A stretch of 46,228 nucleotides of DNA, filler included, from Catajapyx aquilonaris (lineage: Eukaryota): assembly GCA_000934665.2 (NCBI GenBank). It is 2 parts of 2 records of this genome, joined end to end, with 100 filler letters (N's around TTAATTAATTAA, not from the genome) between each part and the next. Parts side by side here need not be neighbours in the genome. Positions count along the whole stretch, not along the records: positions 23,165 to 46,228 come from KZ539411.1; 1 more part is not named here. One strand, 5' to 3'. Made by a program: the position numbers and the translations under genes. The notes under the pieces are model-generated. The model saw only the letters and a list, made by a program, of their open reading frames with translations, did not search any database and had not been told where the DNA came from. Below are positions 31,243 through 43,976 of this stretch, piece after piece. Each line of letters begins with the position of its first letter. Positions within the stretch are counted from its first letter, which is position 1.

Positions 31243-32906
31243 ATGTCTGAGCGGAGGAGAGTCAGGAGAAGCTCAGGGGGAGACTCGGAGTTGTCCGAGG
31301 GATCTTTGGACGACAGGCAAAGGACCAGGGCCTCGGATGTGGTGAGTGCATAGTGTTGGTGTGTGGGGCAGGGCGGCGTGTCCGCAGAAGTGCCCCGGCA
31401 AGGGACCCCAGAGGCCAGAGTGGTGTCCAGCCAGACGGGGGGACAACCCACTGAGGGAGAGAGAGATGGGGTCGTGTCACATGGTGTTTCATTTCTAATG
31501 TACAAGTGTCACAACAAAAGAAAGTCATTATCTTGTGTGGGAGTCTGCCTATGTAAAGATGGATAGAACATAAGAAAATATTTGGTTAAGGCAAGCAGGT
31601 ATCTGCAGGTATCTCACAGACCAATTGACAACAACTTGCTCAAAGTTCAAGGAGCTCAATGCCCATGCATACAATAATATGCCTATCCGAAAGATTAGTA
31701 CTGGACCTAGTTTCAAGGTGAAATACTACAACCATTGCTATTAAGACTTACTGCCAGATGTATCCTGCCGTGGTACACAAAGTAATGTGAATCTGGGAAT
31801 GATAGGAAGATATAACGCATTTTTAAGGAATCAAGGCCTGAAATGTTTCGAATGTTCGTTGGACAGGAAAAAAGTCAAGTAAGAGTTAGGTTACGTATTT
31901 CCACTGAAGTAATTCTTCAAGCTTATAATAAAATGCAAACTCATTAATTCCTCAAGATTGCTCCCGATCTTTGGTTTTTTTTTCTTTCTTATTTTTTTCA
32001 TGCAAGCATCATCTCATTTCAGGATCCAGGAGGTTAGAGAGACACTGCTCTATTGACAAATTGTGCTGTAAAAATGGGACAAATTGTACTGTGTAGTGTG
32101 CACAAGTATTGTGATTTTTATTGGTTGTCTTGGGTCGTACAGTTACTATTTTTATAGTAACACCTCATTGCAATATTTACTTTGAAAATATATTAGGCGT
32201 GTACTACGGGCTGCAGCTCCACCATTTCTTACATGTATCTGACAATTTTGTTTTTTAAATGACAATTATACGGAAAGCCTGGTTTAATGCATTCAACTAG
32301 TAAGCAGGACATATGCACACTTGAACATAAGCATGCAGTCTTGTTGTTTGGACTCCATCTGACCCAGTACGTTTGAAACGTTAAGGAGACACCTGCCTCC
32401 ACGTGCACACCCCTGTTTCTAGTGGGCCCAGTTATTGCAAGGGAGGGAACTGCAGGGAAGGCAGCCTAGGCAAACTTTTGGCCTGTCTGCTGTAGACATG
32501 CCTTAGCCTACCTGTCAACTACAGGAATTGGTGTTTCTGCTTGAGCTTAATTTGTCACAATTCCTTTTATCTCACTGTCTGCACAGTTGTATGCTGAGTA
32601 AGTCTAAAAGTGTAAAATGAATATACCCTTGCATTTACTTTGAACATTTAGAATGATCAGAAATGTTTTATAATCCCTCACCCCACCCAGCAATTGAAGG
32701 ATTACTATATCCTGTCCATTCATGCAGGGGGAAAAATTCATATAGCATTAAGGATTTAGTTGCTTAAGGCTGTGTTTCCAAGCTCTGGAAAATCAAAGTT
32801 AGCTATTTAAAGTGTGAGTAAATCCCATTTACCCATTGAATCCATGGATATCTCCCTGGACAAATGCTGGCATTACTCACAAACTTGGGAACACATCTTA
32901 ATGACT

Positions 32907-32946
<40 letters not shown>

Positions 32947-35900
32947 TATAAAGTGCTATCCTTGTGAGGGTCTGGCAAAAATAAAAATTTAAAACTAACC
33001 TAACCTAACCTAACCTACAAAATACACACGAAATTTTGGTGACCTATTTTTTCACAGTAAAAAGGAGGTCTTGGTTTGATTTTCCGCCATCCTTGTGAGG
33101 ACTGNNNNNNNNNNNNNNNNNNNNNNNNNNNNNNNNNNNNNNNNNNNNNNNNNNNNNNNNNNNNNNNNNNNNNNNNNNNNNNNNNNNNNNNNNNNNNNNN
33201 NNNNNNNNNNNNNNNNNNNNNNNNNNNNNNNNNNNNCCCCCCCCCCCAAGTCTCCAATGCACCAGTCACCACTGTCTTTTGATTCAGGTACTGTTAGTGA
33301 TTTCGGGCTTTTGGAGGGCTTCTCCAATGAGGAAGCATCCAGAGGAGTACCCCACTAATAGTACATAGTACATTTGCCAGTAATTCAAAGTAATTCAATA
33401 TTTTGCAGCCCATATTGCATCTGAAGGAAATGTCGGGGGAGAGAATGTAAACTGACAACAATTCTAATTTTGATTTGTGTCTCAAAATAGAAATGGGATT
33501 GATATCCATGTTGACTTTCTCACCTTCAATTGTTTCACCTGGACCATAAGTCAGATTGCAACAACTGTAGGTATTCCTGCAATGACCAATCTCATTAAAT
33601 TATTCAAGAACAATTTGTTCAATGACTTGAATTATTAAACATTGTAGGAAGGATTAAATGCTTAATATAATAACTGAAATACAGTATCCAATGCTTTCAT
33701 GTGTTTCTCATTTTGTTTAGCAGAAACAACATGACAGAAGTGACGCTATGGTAGGCTTACAGTTTATTAAAATTGCATGTTTCTGACAGCTTAGTCATCA
33801 TGTGATTCGTAGCCTGCTAATTCAGCAAGTCATATAAACTGACCTTGTTTCATGTGTTGTGCATGTGGCTGTGATTAACAAGCTTTTAGTCACTTACATT
33901 GAACAAGTTGGAGTAAAATGGACAAATCAATGTTGCAGGACAGTGAAGCTGAGACAGGTGAAGATCGCCAAGTGACAACTGCAGATTCAGAGCGCGATAG
34001 TGTCGATGAAGAGGAAGAGGAATATGAAGAAGGCATAGATGAGGAAGGAGGGCGGGAAGCTCTTTCTGATGGTGTTGTCATTGAAGAAGGTGGTGATGGA
34101 GAGGCAAGTAATTTACATCTCTTTAAGTAATTGATATTAATACCATATTATTACCTCCCCTAAAGTGGCATGCTGGTGTAGTCCAGGTCGACCAGCTTTT
34201 AGAAATGCATGATCTGGTGGCTATACTGGCATCCCAGTATAAGGCGAGGTTTTCACATAAGTTACATTATCCTTTCTGAACTCGACAATTGCCTGAATAT
34301 CGAAATTCACGTCAAGGCTATCAAAAAGTCACATTTTCCGAATAGGGTACCTGTACCATATATTGTTTTCAATTGCAGTGTCTGGCAATAATCTCTATTT
34401 AAACAGTAAGTTGGAGCAGCGGGTTCCCCTGTCAAAGTAGGCTAACCAAAGGATTAGTCACACACCCTACATTTTTTATATGTATACTGTGCAACAGAAC
34501 TTGCATATTCTCACAGCCTGTACACTTGCCCGTTTTCATTGTAACATTATTTTAGTACGGTACCAGACACATTGAAAAAATTTGGCAAGAATGGAAATTA
34601 CGGAAATCTACCCCGGTTATTGTGGCATATTGGCTACCCCTGTGTTATGCTGGCATGCCGCTTTATGAGAGGTAATACGGTATTTTTAAATGTAAATATA
34701 GGTCAATTGACCAACGGTGGTAGCCTTCAATTTGGCTGAAACTTGAATTAGGGGTCAATCACATGTCATAAACACAGTGGTGAAAGTCCTAAATTGCCGT
34801 TTTCAGCCGTTACTGAGATTTGAGCGACAGAAGCATCAGAATTTTGGCTGCGTGTACAGGGGTCGGGCGGGAAAGGGACAAGTGCAAGGCTCCTATGGGT
34901 GGGAAGATTTTGCACAAGGGGAGCCACCTAGTGGTAGGAGATATTTCTTTTCTGAAGTGGCTGAGCCTTGCAATGGAAGTAGGCGTGCTCCGCAAATGTC
35001 TCGCGATCCTCACAGAAAATATCTAACAGGAATAACGATTGGTTGGTTGGGCAATCTACCCAATCAAATTTTCCAAAGTCGAAGTCAGCATCCAATGTAA
35101 CCTATACGTCCGTTGACAATCAAGTGTGTAATACATTCACATTACAAGTCACTGTTAATTTTTGGTTGCAATTATTCCAAGTGGGTCACATCCTTTTTGT
35201 CTATGAGCTTTGGGGGAAAGGCAACTGATTCACATATAACGATTGAAAGTGGCTTTTTGAAGCTACTGCAGCCCCATTTGCTGAACCAGGAATCCTGAAT
35301 TCCTCAAGCTTGGAGATTATACTGATACTGATGATGATGATGCAATAAAAACAACATTGTACTCATGATATCCTTGTGATCTATTAGGGCATGTTTTTTT
35401 GAAAGAGGATGTGTTTCAGGATTTTTGATGCTGTAAACCACCATAATTTTTAGTTGAAGTTGCTCTTAATTTTGGATCGTCTGTGCTATTGATTCTGATA
35501 TTGCAAAAATATGTTTCAAATTTTCCTAATGTGCCATTTTTATTTATTTAACCAGTTCCCTACCAGATCTAGGCGATGAGATTAATTTCCATTCAACTTG
35601 CACGTACTCTGAAGATACGGCCAAGATATTTTACAACTAATAACAGCTATACTTACACATTTATGGTGTACACTATGAATACGTTTGGAACAATTTTCCA
35701 TTTCTAGAAGTCGCAAAATTAATTTCCAAAATGATTGCCGTAACAACTCCAAATTAAATTACTACCGGCCAACTGTTAAGCCCATTTAATTATGAAATAC
35801 ATTAAAATATATGGAATAACAACCTTGAGAATCGTGCTATGACGAATCTGCTTAAATCATCATACTTAGCGAGAATTGAATTAATATTTACTGCGGCTTG

Positions 35901-38900
35901 CCTCTCACTACGAAACACTCCAAAATTGGTTTGATTCTCGCTAAGTATGACGATTTAAGCAGATTCGTCATAGCACAATTCCCAAGGTTGTTATTCAGTA
36001 TATTTTAACGTATTTCATAATTAAATGGGCCTAACAGTTGGCCGGTAGTAATTTAATTTCAAGTTGTTACAGCAATCTTTTTGGAAATTAATTTTGCAAC
36101 TTCTACTCTCCGAACCTTGTCGGGTATACATACACCTGAGGGGGTGAGTTGCCGCAAAAAATTGGTCCCCTGAATCGCTGGCTTTCTCGAAGAAACAGTG
36201 CTGGTACATGTCATTCGAATGCATAATTATCATGGGCAGCCCATGCGGTAGCTGCAGTGCTACACAAACTGCACATTTTGTTATGAGAAGCGGTAGGGCC
36301 CGGCATGGTGGGCACTACTTTCAGCGTATGGATATCCAAAGTGCGATTCGGTGAGTAGAAGTGGAAAATTGTTCCAAACATATTCATAGTGTGCAGCATG
36401 AACATGTAAGTGTAGCTGTTATTATGTGTAAAATATCTTGTCCGTATCTTCAGAGTACATGCGAGTTGAACAGAAATCTCTTCACCTAGATCTGGTAGGG
36501 AAGGGGATAAAACTTATTCAGGATGTGCCAGGGATAGAGAGACTGTTAATTTTAATTTATTGGCAATGGTATGTGACACAGTATGACAATTAGAGTTGCC
36601 AATTGTTTACCACAAATGATTATTATTAATGACATTGACAATTGAGTGATACTGGCTGCGCTAAGGAAGATTGCATGAAGTTCATCAACTTCAATTTTAA
36701 TTAGTAGTTGTTAAAAAAGTTATAATTTACTATTGCCAGAATAATCAAACCACTTGATCATTGCATAGGGTTCCTGTAACCTGCTGTGATGATTTTAAAT
36801 TGATAAATTATACAATTCACAAATCATAAACACGAAAACATTGAAAACTCGATATACCGCCCTCGCATGTAATGCTATCCTACTTTTAACATCTGTTTCT
36901 TCTGGTCCCTTGATCAGCCTCATATGGAGCATTTCCCGCATGTAACTGAATTCCAACTTATAATGCTACTTAATGTTAGGTAGTCCCCTGAAAAGCGTTA
37001 TATTGAGGTTTTACAGTATTTTCCATACCAGAACTACATATATACATACATACATACATACATCACGGCATAATCCCATAACTGGGGTAGCCAGCGACGA
37101 CTAGTTTCTGCCTAGCCGTCTCGTATGACCATTACAATGAATCTTCCGGTGACTGGTCAGGCCACGCAGAAGATATAATGAGTTTGGTGATGATGAAATA
37201 GGTGATATGAACACATACACATACAAATACATAAACATACAATGTAACTGATACAACAAAACTGAGTTTCACTTTATTATTCCACTTATTAGAAACAACT
37301 TGCATGAAAAAGTATGGTGGGCTGTTATAAAAGTGATCTTGCAACAGATTCTTAACATCTGATGTGTTGGTAACATGTACATTGATATCATTTCAGAAGG
37401 AAAAGCCTCTTGATGATGATGAGGATCGCAGAAACCCACAGTACATTCCCAAGAAGGGGACTTTTTATGAGCATGATGACAGGACCCTCATCACAGAAGA
37501 GTATGTGTGTGGTTTATGGAGTTTTGTTAATGCAAACACTAAAATGAATATTAGTATTTTCTCCTGCATGTTTGATGATTTTGGCAAATCACAGAAGCAG
37601 AGAGATGTTTCTTATTAGAAACTGGTGAAATATTCGAGTTGACACTATTTAAGGGCTGGTTGCATCACTGCAGGTCAGATGTCAGGTCCCAGATCCTGGA
37701 GTTGAATGCACATGGGGGGATTTGTATGAATGTGTTGCTTGTCTAGAGTTCAGGTGACGAAAACCAGAAGTTCATTCAAAATCCTCAGTGGTGCAACCAG
37801 CCCTAAGAGAACAACTGATTTTTTAGTTGTAAATTCATAGAGCATTAGTGTGTGTGCTGTAATTGGGTCCTAGCCTACATTTCGCAAACCCATGTAAAAA
37901 ATCGTTCTTAATTTTTAAATGAATTTTGGTGTTTTTTGTTTGAAGAAATAATTATTAGTTTTCGAGCCATGATTGATCTAAGATCATAATAATTATATGG
38001 TATCGTATTGCTCTCTGACGTCACTCTGGTCACAAAAATAAACATGCAGAGGCAGGGTTCCCTAACAACGATCACGCCCCCGTTTTTCCCGCCATGCAGA
38101 GGCAGGAATGCACCCGGGTTGCTTTGTTCCTTTGTTTGTTGCCTAACTACCGTGAGTAAATCCGAATCGAACGGAACTGCTAGTAAATAAGCCTAATCGA
38201 ACGAGCGCGAGGCAAGGGCCTGCTGACGTCACTTGGGTCAGAGGCCACGCCCCCGTTTTTCCCGCCAATTTACGAGTGACTTTTAAACCCCTGATACTTT
38301 ATCGAGGAATGACATTTTGGTGTCGAAAAGTGGTGGAATGCGTGTTTATATGTATCGTTGAGCTATTCGTGTACAAATTACCAAAATCCCAGGCCAAGGC
38401 TAGGACCCCATTGGAGTGGGTTGTTGTCGGATGGGTGTGGAAAAAAGTGGATGGATGTGCACAACTTCATTAGCAGTGCTTATGAGGTTTGCAAAATACT
38501 GAAGGCAGGAATCATGTATTTCATTATTTAACATGCATTTGTATAAGTAGAAATGTTACTCTTACATCAGGTTGCTATTACTGAATGTGCCAAATTTTAG
38601 TCAGTCAGAAGAACTGAATGTACACCTTCCAGTGTGACTCATTGCCTGGGGGGCCTTGCTGGCATATTGGACATTTCTACCAAAACAAATGTAAGATAAA
38701 TTCTCGGATGCACGGGGAAAAAGAGCATAAGCCAGAAAATGTGCAAACTGAGTTATGTGTCTTGTTATGCCAGTTATGGTCACAAGGAGTCCCTCTTGGT
38801 TCTGCCAGAAGGCTGCATGTCAAGCCCTAACACCGGGCTAGGAAAAAAATTTGTGAGCAAGGGTATGTCATCTTTACAAGAAGTCCAGTATTTAAGATAA

Positions 38901-41900
38901 TCTGCTCTCCTGACAAATTAACTTTTTTGACTTATGCTCTTTTTCCCGCGCATCCGAGAATTATGATACACACACTACATTTGAGGAGTTACAGCATTCT
39001 TCACACTGGGTGTTCTTAGTGAAGCCATATTGTATACATTTTCTCAACAGGACGTAATGTTCTGAGCAAGGGGTATGGAAATGAAAAAAAATGAAATAAA
39101 AAATGTATACATTTTCTCAAGTTGGGAGTCTCAAATTGTGGTATGAGTCCTGCTAGTGTGCCATGGATGACATGCTCACATATTACAATTTCTTTTGGGA
39201 CTCTACTGTGAAGGCACAATATGCTATGAGACTAAAGGTCTACTATTGTGCGCTGGGCTAAATGATCTTTTCTCTTTTGGCCCCATGTGGGCCAGAATGA
39301 AAAGAATTTGAAAAAAAACTTCCCCAGAAATATATATTGGCAGTTTTCCAGTTCCATTTGTGCAAGTAGTTATTCCTACCTTGACTTTTGATGATCAGAG
39401 GTTACTCCTTTATTGTTGTAATATAACTTAAGTATACTGTATATTTTTTTCGGCATTAATTGTCTTGGAAGATAAACACTATGAACTATTGTAATTGCAC
39501 CATTTACTTTCAGGCCAGAACCACCTCCCAAAAAGGAAGAGGTGAAGAAAAAGGTATGGAAGGATGACAATAGGTGGCAGCATGACAAGTATGATGAAAT
39601 GGAGCAAGCATCAAAGACCAGGGAGGAAATAGTGTCAATATATGGATATGATATAAGACACGAAGAATGCCCACCAAAGGCCAGAAGGAGGAGGAGATAT
39701 GGGTTAGTTTGAAGTCTGGGAAGAGCTCACCAATTACTGATACTTGGCACATACAGTATGTCAGTTAGAATTATGGCGATGGTCAGAAGTGATGTCCAGC
39801 CTAGGAAAAGGTGGTTGATATTTTGCGTCTGTTTTATTTGTAAACTGGAAAAGTCACAAAGATGACTTTACTGAGTTTTGAAGCTCTGTCGATGTGCATA
39901 TGTCGAGGTATGCAGATACAAAAGTCACAAGAGGAGTGGGACATCAAAAGATGAATAATACCCCCCAGGCACTATTTCCACCAGAATGGAAGTAATTTTT
40001 AATTTGAAAAGACAGAGTTAGAGAGATTAACTTTATTGGACTTGGAATCTCTATCAATGTCACTTTGTTTATTATACAGGTGGCTCAAAAATCACAAGAG
40101 GGAGAACGAAAACAAAAGAGAAACAACACCCCCCACCAGTACTGTCTGAGAGGGGGTGGACTAAATAATGGAAGTGCTGAGTTACTGCTCATGATTTTTT
40201 TAGCTCTCTGCATACGGGTCAGTAGTGAAAAAACCTGCAATTCGTGTCCCAGCTAATTAATATAACATCTGAAAACCAGATAACATGCTAAGAAATAAGA
40301 TTGCAACTTGCAGAATACAGGACACATAACCAATATGTAATGGAAAAAGGAATACTGAAGGTAAGGCTAGTGCATTCTTCGTCTTGAAGTTCCAAATTGC
40401 ATTGATTTTTGAAGTATTACTTACATTTATATTGCGAGCTGTGCGAGCCACTTGGTTCGGTTTTACACCCTGTGCCACACTTAGTTTGTCAAGGTCAAGG
40501 AGACTATGTAATCTTAACTGTGTGTATGCAGCTATAGATGCAGCATTTTTATAATTTGCAAAAAAATGTGAAATGTAAATCGACGATCTCGGCTGTTATT
40601 TTTGTGGGAACACCAGAGGTGATAACTATTTTCATTTAAAAAATTGATTTTTGTTGAGGACATTTTCATTTCATTTTTTTGGAAATGAAATTGCAGGTTT
40701 TTTCACTATTCAGCCATACCACACAAGTGACATCATTCGAGCTTCAAAACTCTGTAAAGGTCATCTTTGTCACTTTTCCAGTTTTCAAATAAAATAAACA
40801 TGCATGCTGGAGCTGCATGATTTGTAAAGGTACTCTTCATGTATTTCTCGTTAGCAGGATACCTATGTGTTGCATTGTGGAAATGTGAACCTATATGACA
40901 GTAGAAATATTAATATTGGCCCAATTTCAATGCAGGCGAGGTCCAAACAAATACACTCGGAAGTGGGAAGATGAAGATGCCTATTCCAAGCCTACCAGAG
41001 GTGGTCCAGGTGCAGGAAGAGGAGGGGGTAGGGGAAGAGGGAAAGCCTTTGAAGTGATGGAAGATGAATTCCCACAACTGGAGGAGGAAGCCAGGCCAAA
41101 ATCGGTCTCCAATGGGAATGAAAACCGCAGGGAGGAGAGGCCTAGAAGAGAGGAGGGTAGAGGCAGAGGTGGTAGAGCGAGAGGAGGTGGCAGAGGGAGA
41201 GGAGGAGAAAGGGGCAGAGGAGAGGGAGGGAGGGGTAGAGGGGAGAGGGCTAGGGGTGGAGGTCACTGGGGAGGTAAGAGGACAGAGGGAATTGGGGAGA
41301 GGGACACTGATGAGAGGAGTCATTCGGGAAGTAGGGTATCCAATGGGCATGAGGACGAAGGGAGAGAAGTGGAGAGAGATGGTGGAAGAGAACAGGAGCT
41401 GCATGTGGAGATGAAGAGGTTGGTGGTCAAGGAGGAGTCACCCCTGCCACTGAGGGATTTCAGGAGGAGTGAGTATCTATTAGTGTGTATGCTTGATTAT
41501 AACCTCCAGTCTTTTTCAAAGCAAGGAGATAATTTAACAATGCAATACAAATGCTGATAACTAATAAGGAATAATTCTATAACATTTCATTTTCCACAAC
41601 CACTAAAATTGTCCTCATGGACAACACGTTTTCATTAATATTTACGTTAATTCAGCTTACTCTAATTACAGTAAAATGGTTGCCATGAATAATTCAGATG
41701 TAGGATATGTAACTCAATCAGACTGCAAAATATCAATTAAGACAGGAAGTTAAAATTACTCACCTCTTTGGCACTTGTTTGGGAATTAACACTATGAGAA
41801 TATCTAGTGACCTTTGGTTATGGTGTTTGAAGCTATTGGTTTCTGATGCATATTCGTGTTGGAGGAGGTGGTAGCAGTGGTGGTGGTGGATCATACAGCA

Positions 41901-43976
41901 GTGGAGGTGGATATGATCGACGCCACCAGACCATCCCACCCCGCCTCCAACAACAGCAGCAACAACAGCAACAGCAACAACAGCAGCAGCAAGAGGGCAG
42001 CGGGGCTTCCAATCGACCTAAACGCTACTCCTCCCAACGTCAGCGCTCTCTCCCTGAATCATCAGGTGGCCCACCAGGCTTCCAGCAACCACCGTACTAT
42101 GAACAGGGATACCAGGGCGACCCTCAGTCTCCTCCCCCACCACCACCCCACAAGCAGCCTTCACCTCCTCCACCACCTCAGCACATTCTCCCTCCTCACC
42201 AAACCTATCACCATCCGCAACCTTTTCCTTCTCCACCCCTCCCACCTCCACAGCAAGTGCCCCCACCCCCTGCCAGGGTCTTTGCCCCTCCACCTCCTCC
42301 TCAGCAGCCAACTGCCGTTGTCGCCCCATCTCAAGTGGTGGCCCCCGCAGCATTCATGGCTCCACCACCACCAAATGCACCTGTCTTGAATTATGGACCA
42401 CCCCCTACGCAGTACACACCACAGCCATACCCACCACCTTTCCACCAAGGGTTTCCACCAGTGGTGAGTTGGTTACATGTTGAAAAATTTATGTTAATTA
42501 CATCACATTAATGAAAAATTCATTACTGTTGAAAATCCAGATTGAAAATTTGTATTTACATTCATAATTTTTTGTCAGGGTCCACCTCCACCACAGCCGC
42601 AAGAAGTGTACCGGGGAGGAGTGACCTATTACAGCACTCATAGCCAAGTCCCCAGAGCTACTCCTCTGAAGAGACCCAAAGCAGCCATTCCTATTGTGGC
42701 CCCACCAGAGAGGGAATTTTTCACAGCAGAGCAGGGGAAGGAAGGCAGTCAAACAGATGATGATCTGGTGACACAGTTTGTGGGTGAAGGGGATTCAGTT
42801 TTACTTGAAGAGAAGATAGGGCAGGAAGAAGGAGTGCCGGAGGAGGAAGTGGATGAGGAAGAAGGGGTGCCGGAGGAGGAAGTGGATGAGGAAGAAGGGG
42901 TGCAGGAGGAGGAAGTGGAAGAAGAAGAGTATGAGGAAGATGTGGAAGAGGAAGAAGAGGAGGCATTTGAAGAGGCACAAGAAGAAGTTCTTGTCGCAGA
43001 TGACATCACATGTGACAAAATGTCAGATATTTCAGCATCAGAGGTTTTGTCTGAAATGCCAGTGGTGCCAATACTTCCAGCAGAAGACACTCTAGAAGCC
43101 ACACCAATAATACCAGCAGAAGATGCTCTAGAAGCCACACCAATAATATCGGCGGAAGATGGTCTAGAAGCCACACCAATAATATCGGCGGAAGATGTTC
43201 TAGAAGCCACACCAATAATATCGGCGGAAGATGTTCTAGAAGCCACACCAATAATACCAGCAGATGATGCTCTAGAAACCACACCAATAATACCAGCAGA
43301 TGATGCTCTAGAAACCACACCAATAATACCAGCAGATGATGCTCTAGAAACCACACTAATAATACCAGCAGAGGCATTCAAGGAGTTACCAGAAGATATT
43401 TGCATAACAAATGAGAACACAGAGTCGCCAACGAAGTTGTTTGAATTGTCAAAGGATGTGCCTGATGTTGCATTAGAGACATCTGCAACAGATGCTGCTT
43501 CAACAGAAATTGAGACTTCAGTTCAAGAAACTGCTCCTGTAAATGAAACAGAAGCTCTCAGCACTGAAGCAGATACTTCTGAAATTCAGGAAGCAGTGCC
43601 TGAAATTGAGACAGAAACTTCCAACACTCAAAGTGGGGCACCTGTAACGCGAAAGGAAATTCCTGCAACTTTGACTGAGGCATCTGAATTGGCAATGCCC
43701 ATGACTGCAGAGGTGCATGAAATCTCAGAAAAGATTGACATGCCCCCGGAAGAGCCAGAGGCTACTTTGGAAGGTGTTGAAAGTGCACCTCCAACAGCAG
43801 AGACTGTGAGCCAATCTGAATCATGTGTTTCCACAAAAGAAGAGTCTCCAAACAATAAGAAGGAAGGTGCCGAAGAGGATTCTAGAAAAGTGTTGGAGGC
43901 AGCAGATTCAAGCAATATGTCAGATTTATCACAGGAGGACCGTGACAATCAGCCCGCTGCACAGACTGTTGCATGA
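31243..43976 (+). CDS. CASC3: CASC3 / Barentsz / MLN51, exon junction complex core subunit, about 1030 aa
   Basis: Exons 31243-31341, (33724-33750 possible micro-exon), 33939-34103, 37397-37500, 39514-39702, 40936-41468, 41865-42463 and 42579-43976. SELOR/Btz domain LDDDEDRRNPQYIPKKGTFYEHDDR...WQHDKYDEMEQASKTREEIVSIYGYDIR; RPKRYSSQRQR; GGVTYY...RPKAAIPI. Confidence 0.93.
32911..33104. repeat. (CA)n microsatellite followed by a repeat element with (CTAAC)n, running into an N gap
   Basis: ATCCTTGTGAGG occurs twice (32957, 33089); (CTAAC)4 at 32995-33015; gap at 33105-33236. Confidence 0.6.
35556..36502. mobile_element. Foldback element with about 320-bp arms in CASC3 intron
   Basis: 35556-35876 is the reverse complement of 35934-36105 plus 36356-36502. 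Confidence 0.88.
36106..36355. mobile_element. TA-flanked MITE nested in the right arm of the foldback
   Basis: TA|CTCTCCGAA...TTCGGTGAG|TA. The left arm shows the empty site with a single TA (TTTCTAGAAG at 35701). Confidence 0.7.
37653..37803. mobile_element. PIF/Harbinger-type MITE
   Basis: TAA|GGGCTGGTTGCATCACTG ... CAGTGGTGCAACCAGCCC|TAA. Confidence 0.8.
37864..38409. mobile_element. MITE
   Basis: TIR GGGTCCTAGCCT / AGGCTAGGACCC; internal duplicated TGACGTCACT and CACGCCCCCGTTTTTCCCGCCA. Confidence 0.65.
38699..38962. mobile_element. MITE
   Basis: AATTCTCGGATGCACGGGGAAAAAGAGCATAAG / CTTATGCTCTTTTTCCCGCGCATCCGAGAATT. Confidence 0.8.
39832..40794. mobile_element. Old TIR element (about 55-bp inverted repeats)
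   Basis: TTTTATTTGTAAACTGGAAAAGTCACAAAGATGAC...TTTTGAAGCTC pairs with 40740-40794. Confidence 0.6.
43066..43372 (+). repeat. Coding 36-bp (12-aa) tandem repeat, about 8.5 copies, in the CASC3 tail
   Basis: LE(A/T)TPII(P/S)A(E/D)D(A/V/G); CTAGAA recurs every 36 bp from 43092. Confidence 0.92.

Noticed and set aside
32995..33015. Telomere or interstitial telomeric array (also 26594-26614)
   Set aside because: Only about 4 units, embedded in repeat elements.
40910..43948. Long minus-strand ORFs opposite CASC3, and plus-strand ORFs opposite the IR genes
   Set aside because: Antisense shadows of real coding and repeat sequence.
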